Origin: Malacoraja senta
Lineage: Eukaryota
DNA length: 60,000 nucleotides
Assembly: GCA_038087875.1 (NCBI GenBank)
Contig: CM075997.1
Coordinates: 5,644,001 to 5,704,000 of the forward strand
Direction: 5' to 3'
Both the position numbers and the translations under genes were made by a program. Below the pieces are notes generated by a model. The model saw nothing but the letters and a program-made list of their open reading frames with translations. It did no database searches and was not told the origin of the DNA. Position 1 is the stretch's first letter; each line of letters starts with the position of its first letter. Of this stretch, positions 12,520 to 23,580 are shown in pieces.

Positions 12520-13950
12520 TTACGTTTTTTGAAGACGTGACCAAATATAGGTGATGAGGGTAGAGCTGTAGATGTATATATGGACTTCAGCAAAACATGC
12601 GACAAGGTTGTACATGGTAGGCTTCTCTTGAAGGCTAGATTGGATGGGATCCAAGGAGAGATAGCTGAATGGATAGAAAATTGGCTTCATGGAAGGAAGC
12701 TGAGGGTGATGGTGGAAGGTTGCTTCTCGGACTGGAGGCCTGTGCCTAGTGGTGTGCCTCAGGGTTCAGTGCTGGACCCATTACAGTTTGTCATCTATAT
12801 CAATCATTTGGATGAAAACGTACATGGCAAGATTGGTGGGTTTGCAGGTGATGCAAAAGTGGGTGGTATTGCAGATAGTGAAGATGGGTTTCAAAAATTG
12901 AGGCAGGAACTTGATCGGTTGGCCAGGTAGGTTGAGGAATGGCTGTTGGAATTTATTTCAGAGAAATTAGAGTTATTGCATTTTGGGAAGTCTAGCATGG
13001 CAGGACCTAGACAGTAAATGGTAGGGCTCTGGGGAGTGTTGTAGGGCAGAGGGATCCAGGAGTGCAGGTACATAGCTCCTTGAAGGTGGTATCATCAGGT
13101 AGATAGAGTGGTCAAAAAGGCACATTGGCCTCATCAGTCAGAGTTTTGAGTATAGAAGTTGGCAGGTCATGAAGCAGTTATATAAGACGTTAGTGACGCC
13201 GCATTTAGAGTTGTGCTCAGTTCTGGGCACCATGTTACAGGAAAGATGTTGTCAAGTTGGAAAAGGGTACAGAGAAAATTTACGAGGATGTTGCCAGACT
13301 CTAGGGTCTGAGCTATAGGTTGAACAGGCTGGGACTCTTGTTCCTTGGAGTGCAGGAGGATGAGGGGTGATCTTTTGGAGGTGTATAATATCATGAGAGG
13401 AATAGATTGAGTAGACATACAGAGTAGAGGAAATCAAGCCCAGAGTCGAGGAAATCAAGAACCAGAGGACATAGGTTTAAGGTGAAGGGAAAATTATGTA
13501 ATAGGAATCTGTGAGTTTTGAGTTTAATTTATTGTCACGTGTACCGAGGTAGTGAAAAGCTTTTGTAGCGTGCTGTGCAGTCAGCGGAAAGGCTATACAT
13601 GATTACAATTGAGCCGTCCACAGTGTACAGATACATGATAAAGGGAATAATGTGAATAATGTTTAGTGCAAGATAAGGACTGGTAAAGTCCGTTCAAAGG
13701 TAGTCTGAGGGTCTACAATGAGGTAGATAGTAGCTCAGGACTGCTCTCTATCATTTCATCTCTGGCCTTTGTCTAACCATCTATCTGGGGTAACCTTTTC
13801 ACACAAAGGGTTGTGGGTGTATTGAACGAGCTGCCAGAGGAGGTAGTTGTAGCTGGGACTATTGCAACATTTAGAAACAATTAGACACTACATGGATAGG
13901 ACTTGTTGGTTAGTTTGGGCAAGTTGGGCTGTTTCCACGCTGCATGACTG
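12520..13950 (+). mobile_element. Degraded CR1 LINE (RT and 3' end) with a nested LINE-tail fragment at ~13515-13750
   Basis: ORF 12580-12930: MDFSKTCDKV...SGVPQGSVLDPLQFVIYIN...FAGD, i.e. decayed RT motifs. Confidence 0.85.
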
Positions 13951-14257
13951 ATTCACCACTACCTTTGCAGGGACAATAAATGCTGGCATTTCCAGCACAA
14001 TTCATCAATGAATCAATTAAAATACTGGACTGGCAATCTGAGAGTGAAGATCTAAAATACATAATATACGAAGAAAACCATTTTGTGATAACTGATTCTA
14101 CCAAACAGCAGATAACTAGCACAATGAGGATCCAGTGTATGATTATTTTTCAATGTCCACGATACAGGATTTACCTCTTCTAAAATCCAGGAAGGAACAG
14201 TTGGAAATGCCACATACCAATGTTATAAAAAAGGTTTAGAAAATGATCCTCTGTTTT

Positions 14258-14352
14258 AGTCTGAAGAAGGGTCTCGACCCGAAACATCGCCTATTTCTTT
14301 CGCTCCATAGATGCTGCCTCACCCGCTGAGTTTCGCCAGCATTTTTGCCTAC
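14258..14352 (+). mobile_element. Penelope-terminus-derived short element with hammerhead-like core
   Basis: CTGAAGAAGGGTCTCGACCCGAAACATC at 14261, followed by the family body. Confidence 0.75.
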
Positions 14353-14948
14353 CTCTGTTCTAGTCGTGTCAATTGACTGATGACACTGGTCCAAGGGCAC
14401 TTCCAATTATTCTTGATGATGGGCTTGTACTCATTTCTTGGCATATCACATGCTGTAGCTAAGTATAAAAAAATGGTGGACTTTTTTTTCGAACTGAAGA
14501 TTTCTTAGCAGATTTTGTAGCAGTCCTGTCTGTTATGGCCAAAAGATAAAGAAAAGTGGGAATAGCATGCTGCAGGAAGAGGAGGGCAAAATAAACTAAT
14601 TTGCAGGAGAATGTGTGGAATAAAATGGGATAATATAGGATTAGTGCAAATGGGCAGTCAATAGTATATGTGCTGAATGACGATGAGGGCTCAAGCTTCA
14701 CAAGTTGGCAGATCGTTAAGCGATACCATTTGTTTAGTAATGGTCTATAAGAACAATGGCTTCCCCAGATAAACTGTTGCAAAGCTCTCACCTCTTGCAA
14801 CACAATACAGTACACATCCAGGAAACCAATGCACGTTTAAAAAAAAAATATTAGACACATAGGGCATGGAAACAGACCACCCTAACCCGAGGCCCAGGAC
14901 AGAAAGGTTAGTATGGGAATGGAAGAGTTCAAGTCTTTATCAACCAGA

Positions 14949-15390
14949 TTTTCTTTTTCTCTTGCTCTCTCTCCTTCTCGTGCTCTCACTCTCTTTCTCT
15001 ACCTCCTTCTTCCTCTCTTCCCCTCGTTCTTTCTTTCTTTCATTCTTTCTTTCTCTATTCTCTCTATCTCCCCCTCTTTCTCGCTCTCTCTCTCTCTTCC
15101 CCCTTCCCTCTTTTTCTTTCTCTCCTTCTTCCCCTCTCTAAATCTCTCTCTTTCTCCTCTATCTCCCTTCCCTCTTTTTCTTTCTCTCCTTCTTCCCCTC
15201 TCTCTATCTCTCTTTCTCGCTCTCTCTCCCTTCCCTCTTTTTCTTCCTCTCCTTCCCCTCTCTCTATCTCTCTTTCTCCTCTATCTCCCTTCCCTCTTTT
15301 TCTTTCTCTCCTTCCCCTCTCTCTATCTCTCTCTTTCTCTTTCTATCCCTCCCTCTTTCTTCTTCTCTTTCCGCACTTTTTTTTCTGTCT
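14949..15390. repeat. CT-rich polypyrimidine low-complexity tract
   Basis: About 440 bp almost entirely C/T on +, with degenerate internal repeats such as CTCTCCTTCTTCCCCTCTCT. Confidence 0.9.
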
Positions 15391-15450
15391 GCGTCGCTCC
15401 ATTTCGCTCTCACTTTGCTCCCTCCCGAAGCTCCCTTCCTCTTTGACCGG

Positions 15451-15794
15451 GGCCTGTGCGGTGGGCGGGGCGGGGCCTGTGCGGTGGGCGGGGCGGTGGG
15501 CGGGCGGTGGCCGTTCAGTGGGCGGGGCGGTGGGCGGGGCGGTGGCCATTCAGTGGGCGGGGCGGTGGGCGGGGCGGTGGCCATTCAGTGGGCGGGGCGG
15601 TGGGCGGGGCGGTGGCCATTCAGTGGGCGGGGCGGTGGGCGGGGCGGTGGGCGGGCGGTGGCCATTCAGTGGGCGGGGCGGGGCGGGGCTGGCGCTGGGC
15701 GGGGCGGTGGGCGCGCGGGGAGACTGGCAGGCGCGCGATGCTGCGACCGTTAGTCCGGCACCAGCAGCGGACAGAGAGAGCGCGCGGATAAACC
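15451..15794 (+). promoter_or_regulatory. GC-box (Sp/KLF) rich CpG promoter/5'UTR of the RyR gene, containing a 35-bp tandem repeat
   Basis: More than a dozen GGGCGG boxes. Unit GGTGGCCATTCAGTGGGCGGGGCGGTGGGCGGGGC starts at 15506, 15541, 15576, 15611 and 15657. The array ends ~100 bp before the ATG and no TATA box is seen. Confidence 0.8.
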
Positions 15795-15842
15795 ATGGCC
15801 GAGGGCGGCGAAGGAGAAGAGGAGATTCTGTTCCTGAGAACA
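15795..15842 (+). CDS. RYR: Ryanodine receptor, first coding exon (MAEGGEGEEEILFLRT); paralog (RYR1/2/3) not resolved
   Basis: AACCATGG Kozak context, then 16 codons ending in phase 0 before the GTAAGT donor. The peptide matches vertebrate RyR N-termini (RYR2 MADGGEGEDEIQFLRT, RYR3 MAEGGEGGEDEIQFLRT), where exon 1 also ends after FLRT. It lies directly downstream of a CpG/GC-box-rich region. Confidence 0.93.
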
Positions 15843-17400
15843 GTAAGTGAATCGTAGCAGCACTTCAATAATTTTGTGTCGCATCATCCTGGTCTTAATC
15901 CTGGTGAAGGTGCTCCTTTATTATTAAAGCCGTTGTGTATTATATAAAATATAATGGAATGAGTATGGATAGGATATATTGTTTGGATCTACAAATCAAT
16001 ATTTATTAATTTCCATCTTAAAATTGCACTTTATTCTTTGAGCATTGGCTTTGGAGTTTATGCTGCCAAGAATTTGTAGGAGCGAAATGCTGCAAGATGC
16101 TCGCTCTTTAAATAAAAAAAGTCTGACTCATACCTCGCTATATATAATTGGCACTTGGAATGAATGTTAAAGGCTGTGGTTGAATGACAACCAAGAATCA
16201 TTCCCTCAAGATTTAAAAAGGAAAAGTAGAAGCAGTGCGTTAAAAACTCAGGTGCACTAAGTGAAATTGGGAACGTTATGTTGGCATTAATCCAATAATT
16301 GACCTCTTTCATTTATTTCTTGGATTTTGCTTCTAACATAACGACAGGTGTAGTTTGAGTCAATGTGAATTTTGACTTTTAGTTTACCAAAGGTGAAAAT
16401 AAACTTCCACAAAGTAACCGACACTTGTGTCTCATCAATATTAATTGAGTTAAAATGGAAACAGTATGTTAATTTTGTTAATTTTTTTTGACTGGAATGA
16501 TATCTTTAAAAAAGGTTGCATATGAAAACTGGTTATCCAAAATTTGTTTAGGAGGCAGACAAATCGATTGAAGTCCTGCAAGACATACAAATGTGAATGT
16601 TTATTATTTGAATGTGTGTGGAAAGTGCATTTAAAATACTACATTCAACATCCAAAGAGCGGACTATAGCCATCCAGATTTATTTTGGGGATTCACAATT
16701 GCAAGATTTTTTAATTAGATTTCAATTTCAATTATATCTGGAAAACTTTCATATTTCTACCTAATGCACTGCAAATACATGATTTTAAATTAACTGTTTC
16801 AAATTGCAGCACTGCCTGTGCTGAGAATGCACATTCTGTGTTATATATAGTTTGTGTAATAAATCTGTGGAGGGAGATTTTGTTGCCTGCTTTCTTTGCT
16901 TCCCCCGTCAGCTAGAAACAGCCTGTTGCTGTTGCCCTAATTCTGATGTCATTTTTATTTCATGATTTATGACTTGCATACTAAATTCTCATATGGGTAA
17001 GATAGAAAATTAGATCTGAGACCTTTTGGAGGACATTAGGGATGCTAATGATAATCCCCTTCTAAAAAATTATCCGGTTTATCTTTTCTCATGTCCTGAA
17101 GGCATTCACTTCTTCTTGACTACACGTTCAGCTAGCCATTTCCTCATGACAGGCTCTCAGACAGCAAGAAAAAGTGGTATCTCAAAAAGCCTGGATCCTG
17201 ACCTCACCTGACACTTGTGTAGATATAATGCAAGCATGGGTCTTTGAAGCGTGAAAGGAACAGGATTCTAGATCTTCTCCTGAAGGTGTCAATACCAACT
17301 GCAACAACAGAATTGTAGTTGCTGATATAAGGCATTGTAATGGGGAAATGATGGGCTCCATTATAAAATATGTCAAAGCTAAGTAATTGAAGAATGACAG

Positions 17401-17681
17401 TCATAGAGTTATACAGTGTGGAAATAAGCCCAACTTGCCCACGCCGGCCAACATGTCCCAGCTACACTCGTCCCACCTGCCCGCGTTTGGTCCATAGCCC
17501 TCCAAACCTGTCCTATCCATGTGCCTGTCTAACTGTTTCTTAAATGTTGGGATAGTACCTGCCTCAACTACCTCCTCTGGCAGCTTGTTCCATACACCCA
17601 TCACCCTTTGTGTGAGAAATCACCCCTCAGATTCCTATTAAATCTTTTCCTCTTCACCTTAAACCTAAATCTTAAATCTAT
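17401..17681 (-). mobile_element. CR1 3' fragment split by a younger CR1; resumes at ~21195-21265
   Basis: ORF 17401-17604 (VWNKLPEEVVEAGTIPTFKKQLDRHM). Sequence continues after the inserted element's tail. Confidence 0.8.
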
Positions 17682-20600
17682 GTAGAAAAAGGGAAGAGGT
17701 CCTGAAAGGAGAATTTAGGGAGTTAGGAGGAGAGTTAAGGAGAAGGACCGCTAAGGTAACAATCTCGGGATTACTGCCTGTGCCACGCGACAGTGAGAGT
17801 AGGAATGGAGTGAGGTGGAGGATAAATGTGTGGCTGAAGGACTGGTGCAGTGGGCAGGGATTCAAGTTTCTGGATCATTGGGACCTCTTTTGGGGAAGGT
17901 GTGACCTGTACAAAAAGGACGGGTTGCACTTGAACCCGAGGGGGACCAATATCCTGGCAGGGAGATTTGCAAAGGCTACTGCGGAGACTTAAAAACTAGA
18001 ATGGTTGGGGGGAGGGACTCAAATAGAGAAAGCTTGTAGACAGTGTGTGAGGCAGGAGGCAGAGAAGGGAAGCACTCAGACCCAACAGGTAGGGGGGAAA
18101 GAAGAAAAAAATAATAAACAGAGAATAAGAGGTGGTGGGTTTCTTAAATGTGTGAGCAGAGAGACAGAGGGGTGTAAAATGAGGGTAGAAGCAATAGGTA
18201 ACAAGGTGAAAAGTAAACGTGGTAGGCAGACAAATCCAGGGCAAAAATCAAAAAGGGCTGCTTTTCAACATAATTGTATAAAAACAAGCCTGAAGGCTTT
18301 GTGTCTCAATGCAAGGAGCATTCGTAATAAGGTGGATGAGTTGAATGTGCAGATAGCCATTAATGATTATGATATAGTTGGGATCACAGAGACATGGCTC
18401 CAGGGTGACCAAGGCTGGGAGCTGAACATCCAGGGATATGCAATATTCAGGAGGAATAGACAGAAAGGAACAGGAGGTGGGGTAGCATTGCTGGTTAAAG
18501 AGGAGATTAACGCAATGGAAAGGAAGGATATTAGCTTGGAGGATGTGGAATCGATATGGGTAGAGCTATGAAACACTAAGGGGCAGAAACACTAGTGGGT
18601 GTTGTGTACAGGCCACCTAACAGTAGTAGTGGAGTTGGGATGGCATCAAACAGGAAATTAGAAATGCGTGCAACAAAGGTAAAACAGTTATAATGGGTGA
18701 CTTCAATCTACATATAGATTGGGTGAATCAAATTGGCTGGGGTGCTGAGGAAGAGGATTTCTTGGAATGTATGCGGGATAGTTTTCTAAACAAACATGTA
18801 GAGGAACCAACGAGAGAGCAGGCTATTCTAGACTGGGTATTGAGTAATGAGGAAGGGTTAGTTAGCAGTCTTGTTGTGCGTGGCCCCTTGGGCAAGAGTG
18901 ACCATAATATGCTTGAGTTCTTCATTAGGATGGAGAGTGACATTGTTAATTCAGAAACAAGGGTTCTGAACATAAAGAAAGGTAACTTTGAGGGTATGAA
19001 ACGTGAATTGGCCAAGATAGACTGGCAATTGATTCTTAAAGGGTTGACGGTGGATATACAATGGAAGGCATTTAAAGACTGCATGGATGAACTACAAAAA
19101 TTGTTCATCCCAGTTTGGCAAAAGAATAAATCAGGGAAGGTAGTGCATCCGTGGATAACAAGGGAAATAAGGGATAGTATCAAAACAAAAGATGAAGCGT
19201 ACAAATTAGCCAGAAAAAGCAGCCTACCAGAGGACTGGGAGAAATTCAGAGTCCAGCAGAGGTGGACAAAGGGCTTTATTAGGAAAGGGAAAATAGATTA
19301 TGAAAGAAAACTGGCAGGGAACATAAAAACTGACTGCAAAAGTTTTTATAGATATGTGAAGAGAAAGAGATTAGTTAAAACAAATGTAGGTCCCTTGCAG
19401 TCAGAAATAGGTGAATTGATCATGGCGAACAAGGACATGGCAGACCAATTGAATAACTACTTTGGTTCTGTCTTCACCAAGGAAGACATAAATAATCTGC
19501 CGGAAATAGCAGGGGACCGCGGGTCAAATGAGATAGAGGAACTGAGTGAAATCCAGGCTAGCCGGGAAGTGGTGTTAGGTAAATTGAATGGATTAAAGGC
19601 CGATAAATCCCCAGGGCCAGATAGGCTGCATCCCAGAGTACTTAAGGAAGTAGCCCCAGAAATAGTGGATGCATTAGTGATAATTTTCAAAACTCCTTAG
19701 ATTCTGGAGTAGTTCCTGAGGATTGGAGGGTAGCTAATGTAACCCCCCTTTTTAAAAAGGGAGGGAGAGGGAAAACGGGGAATTACAGACCAGTTAGTCT
19801 AACATCGGTAGTGGGGAAACTGCTAGTCAGTTATAAAGATGGGATAGCAGCACATTTGGAAAGTGGTGAAATCATTGGACAAAGTCAGCATGGATTTACG
19901 AAAGGTAAATCATGTCTGACGAATCTTATAGCATTTTTCGAGGATGTAACTAGTAGTGTGGATAAAGGAGAACCAGTGGATGTGTTATATCTGGACTTTC
20001 AGAAGGCTTTCGACAAGGTCCCACATAAGAGATTAGTATACAAACTTAAAGCACATGGTATTGGGGGTTCAGTATTGATGTGGATAGAGAACTGGCTGGC
20101 AAACAGGAAGAAAAGAATAGGAGTAAACGGGTCCTTTTCAGAATGGCAGGCAGTGACTAGTGGGGTACCGCAAGGCTCAGTGCTGGGACCCCAGCTATTT
20201 ACAATATATATTAATGATTTGGACGAGGGAATTGAATGCAACATCTCCAAGTTTGCGGATGACACAAAGCTGGGGGGCAGTGTTAGCTGTGAGGAGGATG
20301 CTAGGAGGCTGCAAGGTGACTTGGATAGGCTGGGTGAGTGGGCAAATGCATGGCAGATGCAGTATAATGTGGATAAATGTGAGGTTATCCACTTTGGTGG
20401 CAAAAACAGGAAAGTAGACTATTATCTAAATGGTGGCCGATTAGGAAAAGGGGAGATGCAACGAGACCTGGGTGTCATGTTACACCAGTCATTGAAAGTA
20501 GGCATGCAGGTGCAGCAGGCAGTGAAGAAAGCGAATGGTATGTTGGCATTCATAGCGAAATGATTTGAGTATAGGAGCAGGGAGGTTCTACTGCAGTTGT

Positions 20601-21195
20601 ACAGGGTCTTGTTGAGACCACACCTGGAGTATTGCGTACAGTTTTGGTCTCCAAATCTGAGGAAAGACATTCTTGCCATAGAGAGAGTACAGAGAAGGTT
20701 CACCAGATTGATTCTTGGGATGTCAGGACTTTCATATGAAGAAAGACTGGATAGACTCGGCTTGTACTCGCTAGAATTTAGAAGATTGAGGGGGGATCTT
20801 ATAGAAACTTACAAAATTCTTAAGGGGTTGGACAGGCTAGATGCAGGAAGATTGTTCCCGATGTTGGGGAAGTCCAGGACAAGGGGGTCACAGTTTAAGG
20901 ATTAAGGGGAAATCCTTTAGGACCGAGATGAGAAAAACATTTTTCACACAGAGAGTGGTGAATCTCTGGAACTCTCTGCCACAGAAGGTATTTGAGGCCA
21001 GTTCATTGGCTATATTTAAGAGGGAGTTAGATGTGGCCCTTGTGGCTAAAGGGATCAGGGGGTATGGAGAGAAGGCAGGTACAGGATACTGAGTTGGATG
21101 ATCAGCCATGATCATATTGAATGGCGGTGCAGGCTCGAAGGGCCGAATGGCCTACTCCTGCACCTATTTTCTATGTTTCTATGTTTCTATGTTTC
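17682..21195 (+). mobile_element. 5'-truncated CR1 LINE: end of ORF1 esterase, full-span ORF2 (APE endonuclease + RT) with stops and frameshifts
   Basis: ORF1 DGLHLN. EN motifs CLNARSI, GITETW, MGDFN, SDHN. RT motifs LDFQKAFDKV, GVPQGSVLGP, KFADD. Tail (TTTCTATG)3. Confidence 0.97.
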
Positions 21196-21914
21196 ATCTG
21201 GTCCTCGATTTACCTACTCAGGGCAAGGGACTCTGCGCATCTACCCGATCTATTCCTCTCATGACTGGATTGATTCAAATTAACATGAATAGGAAAAGAA
21301 TGACAAGCTGGACAAATGTACTGGAATTCTTTTGAGGATGTAATTAATGTGTAGATGAAGAAGTAGCGCATGTGTGTGTTATTGGGGAGTAAGTTCTGAT
21401 GTAGATAGATAATTGGTTGGTTGACAGGATACAGAGGAGAAATAAATGTGTCCCCAGTTATTTACAATGTAGATGTGGGAAGGAAATGTCATATACCCAT
21501 GTTTGCAGATGACATAAACCTGGATGAGAACGATGTAGGGCAATTCCAGTGCAATTTGGACAGCTGAAGGAATAAGCAGATTCATATCAGATGCATTATA
21601 ATGTTAATATTTGCGAGGTTATCCACTTTGGTGGCAATTACAGAATTACAAATTTTTATCTGAACATTGATAGATGTGGAAAGATGCAAACAGTGAGATG
21701 TCCTTGTGCACCAGTCAATGAAAATAAATGTGTAGGTGCGATTAAAATAGCATATGGTACAAAACAGTACAGTCCATGAACAGGCCCCTTGGTCTTGAGT
21801 ATCTGTGCCAAACTTGATGCCAAATTAAATTAAACTCCTGCCTGCACATGGTCCACTCCTCTCCATTCTCTAAATATCCATGTGCCTGTCTAAAAGCCCT
21901 TTAATTGAAACAAT

Positions 21915-22300
21915 AAGCGAGTTTGGTATTCCGACTGCGCATGCCCAGGTCATAGGTCACTCATGATAAACATTCTCAGCAGCTGTGCTGCTGCATGAAT
22001 ACAGACCTGCTTTTCATCCGTAGTCACATCTTATAGCCAGCGCGGAGAAGAAGCACTAACTCCAGATCAAATCTGCCTGTCCCGCCGGGTTAACCGACAG
22101 CCCTGGACAGACGGGACACCGGCCCGCTGGAGAAGAAGCGCCCTGGACAGACGGGACACCGGCCCGCTGGAGAAGAAGCGCTAACTCCAGCTCAACTCTC
22201 CCTGTCCCGCTGGGTTAACCGACAGCCCTGGACTGATGGGACACCGGCCCGTTGCAGTGGCGGCCCAGGCGGTCCGCCTGGGCCGCCACTACCGTCCAGG
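21915..22300. mobile_element. Left part of AAGC-terminus TIR element (ISL2EU-like MITE); right end not found
   Basis: AT|AAGCGAGTTTGGTATTCCGACTGCGCATGCCCAGGTCATAGGTCAC matches the left ends at 28612 and 54670. A 40-bp tandem duplication lies at 22101-22180. Confidence 0.65.
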
Positions 22301-22369
22301 GTCATCCCGGACATCTCCTGCCGCCCTCGGACAGGTATGCCACGGCAGCAGTAGGCCATGGCAGCGCTC

Positions 22370-22925
22370 CCGCCCCCCCCCACCCCCTCCCACCGGTCCC
22401 CACCTAATGCTGTCCCATCCCCAGCTGCAGGACGCTACCCCACCAGCCCTCGCCTGAAGCCGTCCCCAGCTGCAGGATGTTCCCCACCGTTCCCCGCCTG
22501 AAGCCGGTGTGGAGCGGCAGTGGTAGGCCATGGCAGCCGTAGGCCACGACAGCGATAGGCCACGGCAGCGGTAGCCCATGACAGCGATAGCCCACGGTAG
22601 TCCCCGCCTGATGCCGTCCCTCTCCCCTTTCTTTTCCACTTGCTGTGCCCATCAGCGAGCCGCGAAGAGTGGATGGGGCGGGGGTTGAGGGGGGATGGAG
22701 TGCAAGATGCTCCCCCCCTCACCGGCTCCCGACAGCCCCCGCTTGAAGCCGCCTCCCTCCCATGGCTGCAGGCGCTCTCTCCCCCCCCCCCCACCGGTCC
22801 CCGCCTGAAGCCGTCCCCCTCCCCGGGTTGCAGGACGCTCTCCCCACCACCAGCCCCCGCCTGAAGCCGTCCCCTTCCCCCGGCTGCAGGATGCTCTCTT
22901 CCCCCCCCTCCCCCGGCTGCAGAAT
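22370..22925. repeat. GC-rich degenerate minisatellite (CCCCGCCTGAAGCCGTCCCC...GGCTGCAGGA)
   Basis: Recurrent unit, with the same motif at 48040-49130. Confidence 0.8.
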
Positions 22926-23099
22926 GCAACAAGAGACGCACCAAGAAAGAATGGACTGAATAAATCTCATCTTTAACGTTTAAATTGTTGTTATATTTTA
23001 AGAGTTATTCGCATTTTAAGCTTTAATAAATCCCTTTTCCACTTGCCGTACCCGTCAGCTGAACCTGCGCAGTAATACCTGTGTGTTCTACATCACAAT

Positions 23100-23431
23100 G
23101 AGAACCCATTGGGCGGGAATGGCTGCGCTGCCGGAGAGCCGCTAAGAGTGGATGGGTGGGGGGGATTGAGTGCGTGCATGGGGGGGGTGGGGCAAGAGGC
23201 GGTGTGGGGGGGGGGGGATCGGGGAGGAGGGGGGATCGGGCATCACAATGGGAACCCGTCAGCCGTGCCTGCCCAGTTAGGGGCTATGGGTGAGTGGTGG
23301 AATATTGCATTGGGGGAATGTGTTGCGTTGGGGGAACGGGTGAGTGGTGGAATATTGCGTTGGGAAATGGGTTACGTTGGGGGACCAGGCCTCCCGTGTG
23401 ACTGGGACCCAGCGGGTCCCACTTAGTCTAG
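23100..23431 (+). mobile_element. Helitron 3' terminal region
   Basis: Hairpin GGGACCC-AGC-GGGTCCC (23404-23420), then ACTTAGT CTAG|T. Homologous to 11250-11321. Confidence 0.8.
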
Positions 23432-23580
23432 TAATTCTTAAATAGACTGGGAAAACTAGGTACTGGGAGCTTATTCCCAAAGGTTGGGAGCTTCCAGGAC
23501 TGATAGTCACAGTCTGAGAATAAGGCTGAGGTGAGGAAAGATTTCTCCTAAAATTTTCTATTGTTGACCAGAGTGCCTTA

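Noticed and set aside
14866..15868. Overlapping ORFs of 68-177 aa around the promoter
   Set aside because: Artefacts of the CT tract and GC repeat lacking stop codons; the real coding frame is the 48-nt RyR exon.
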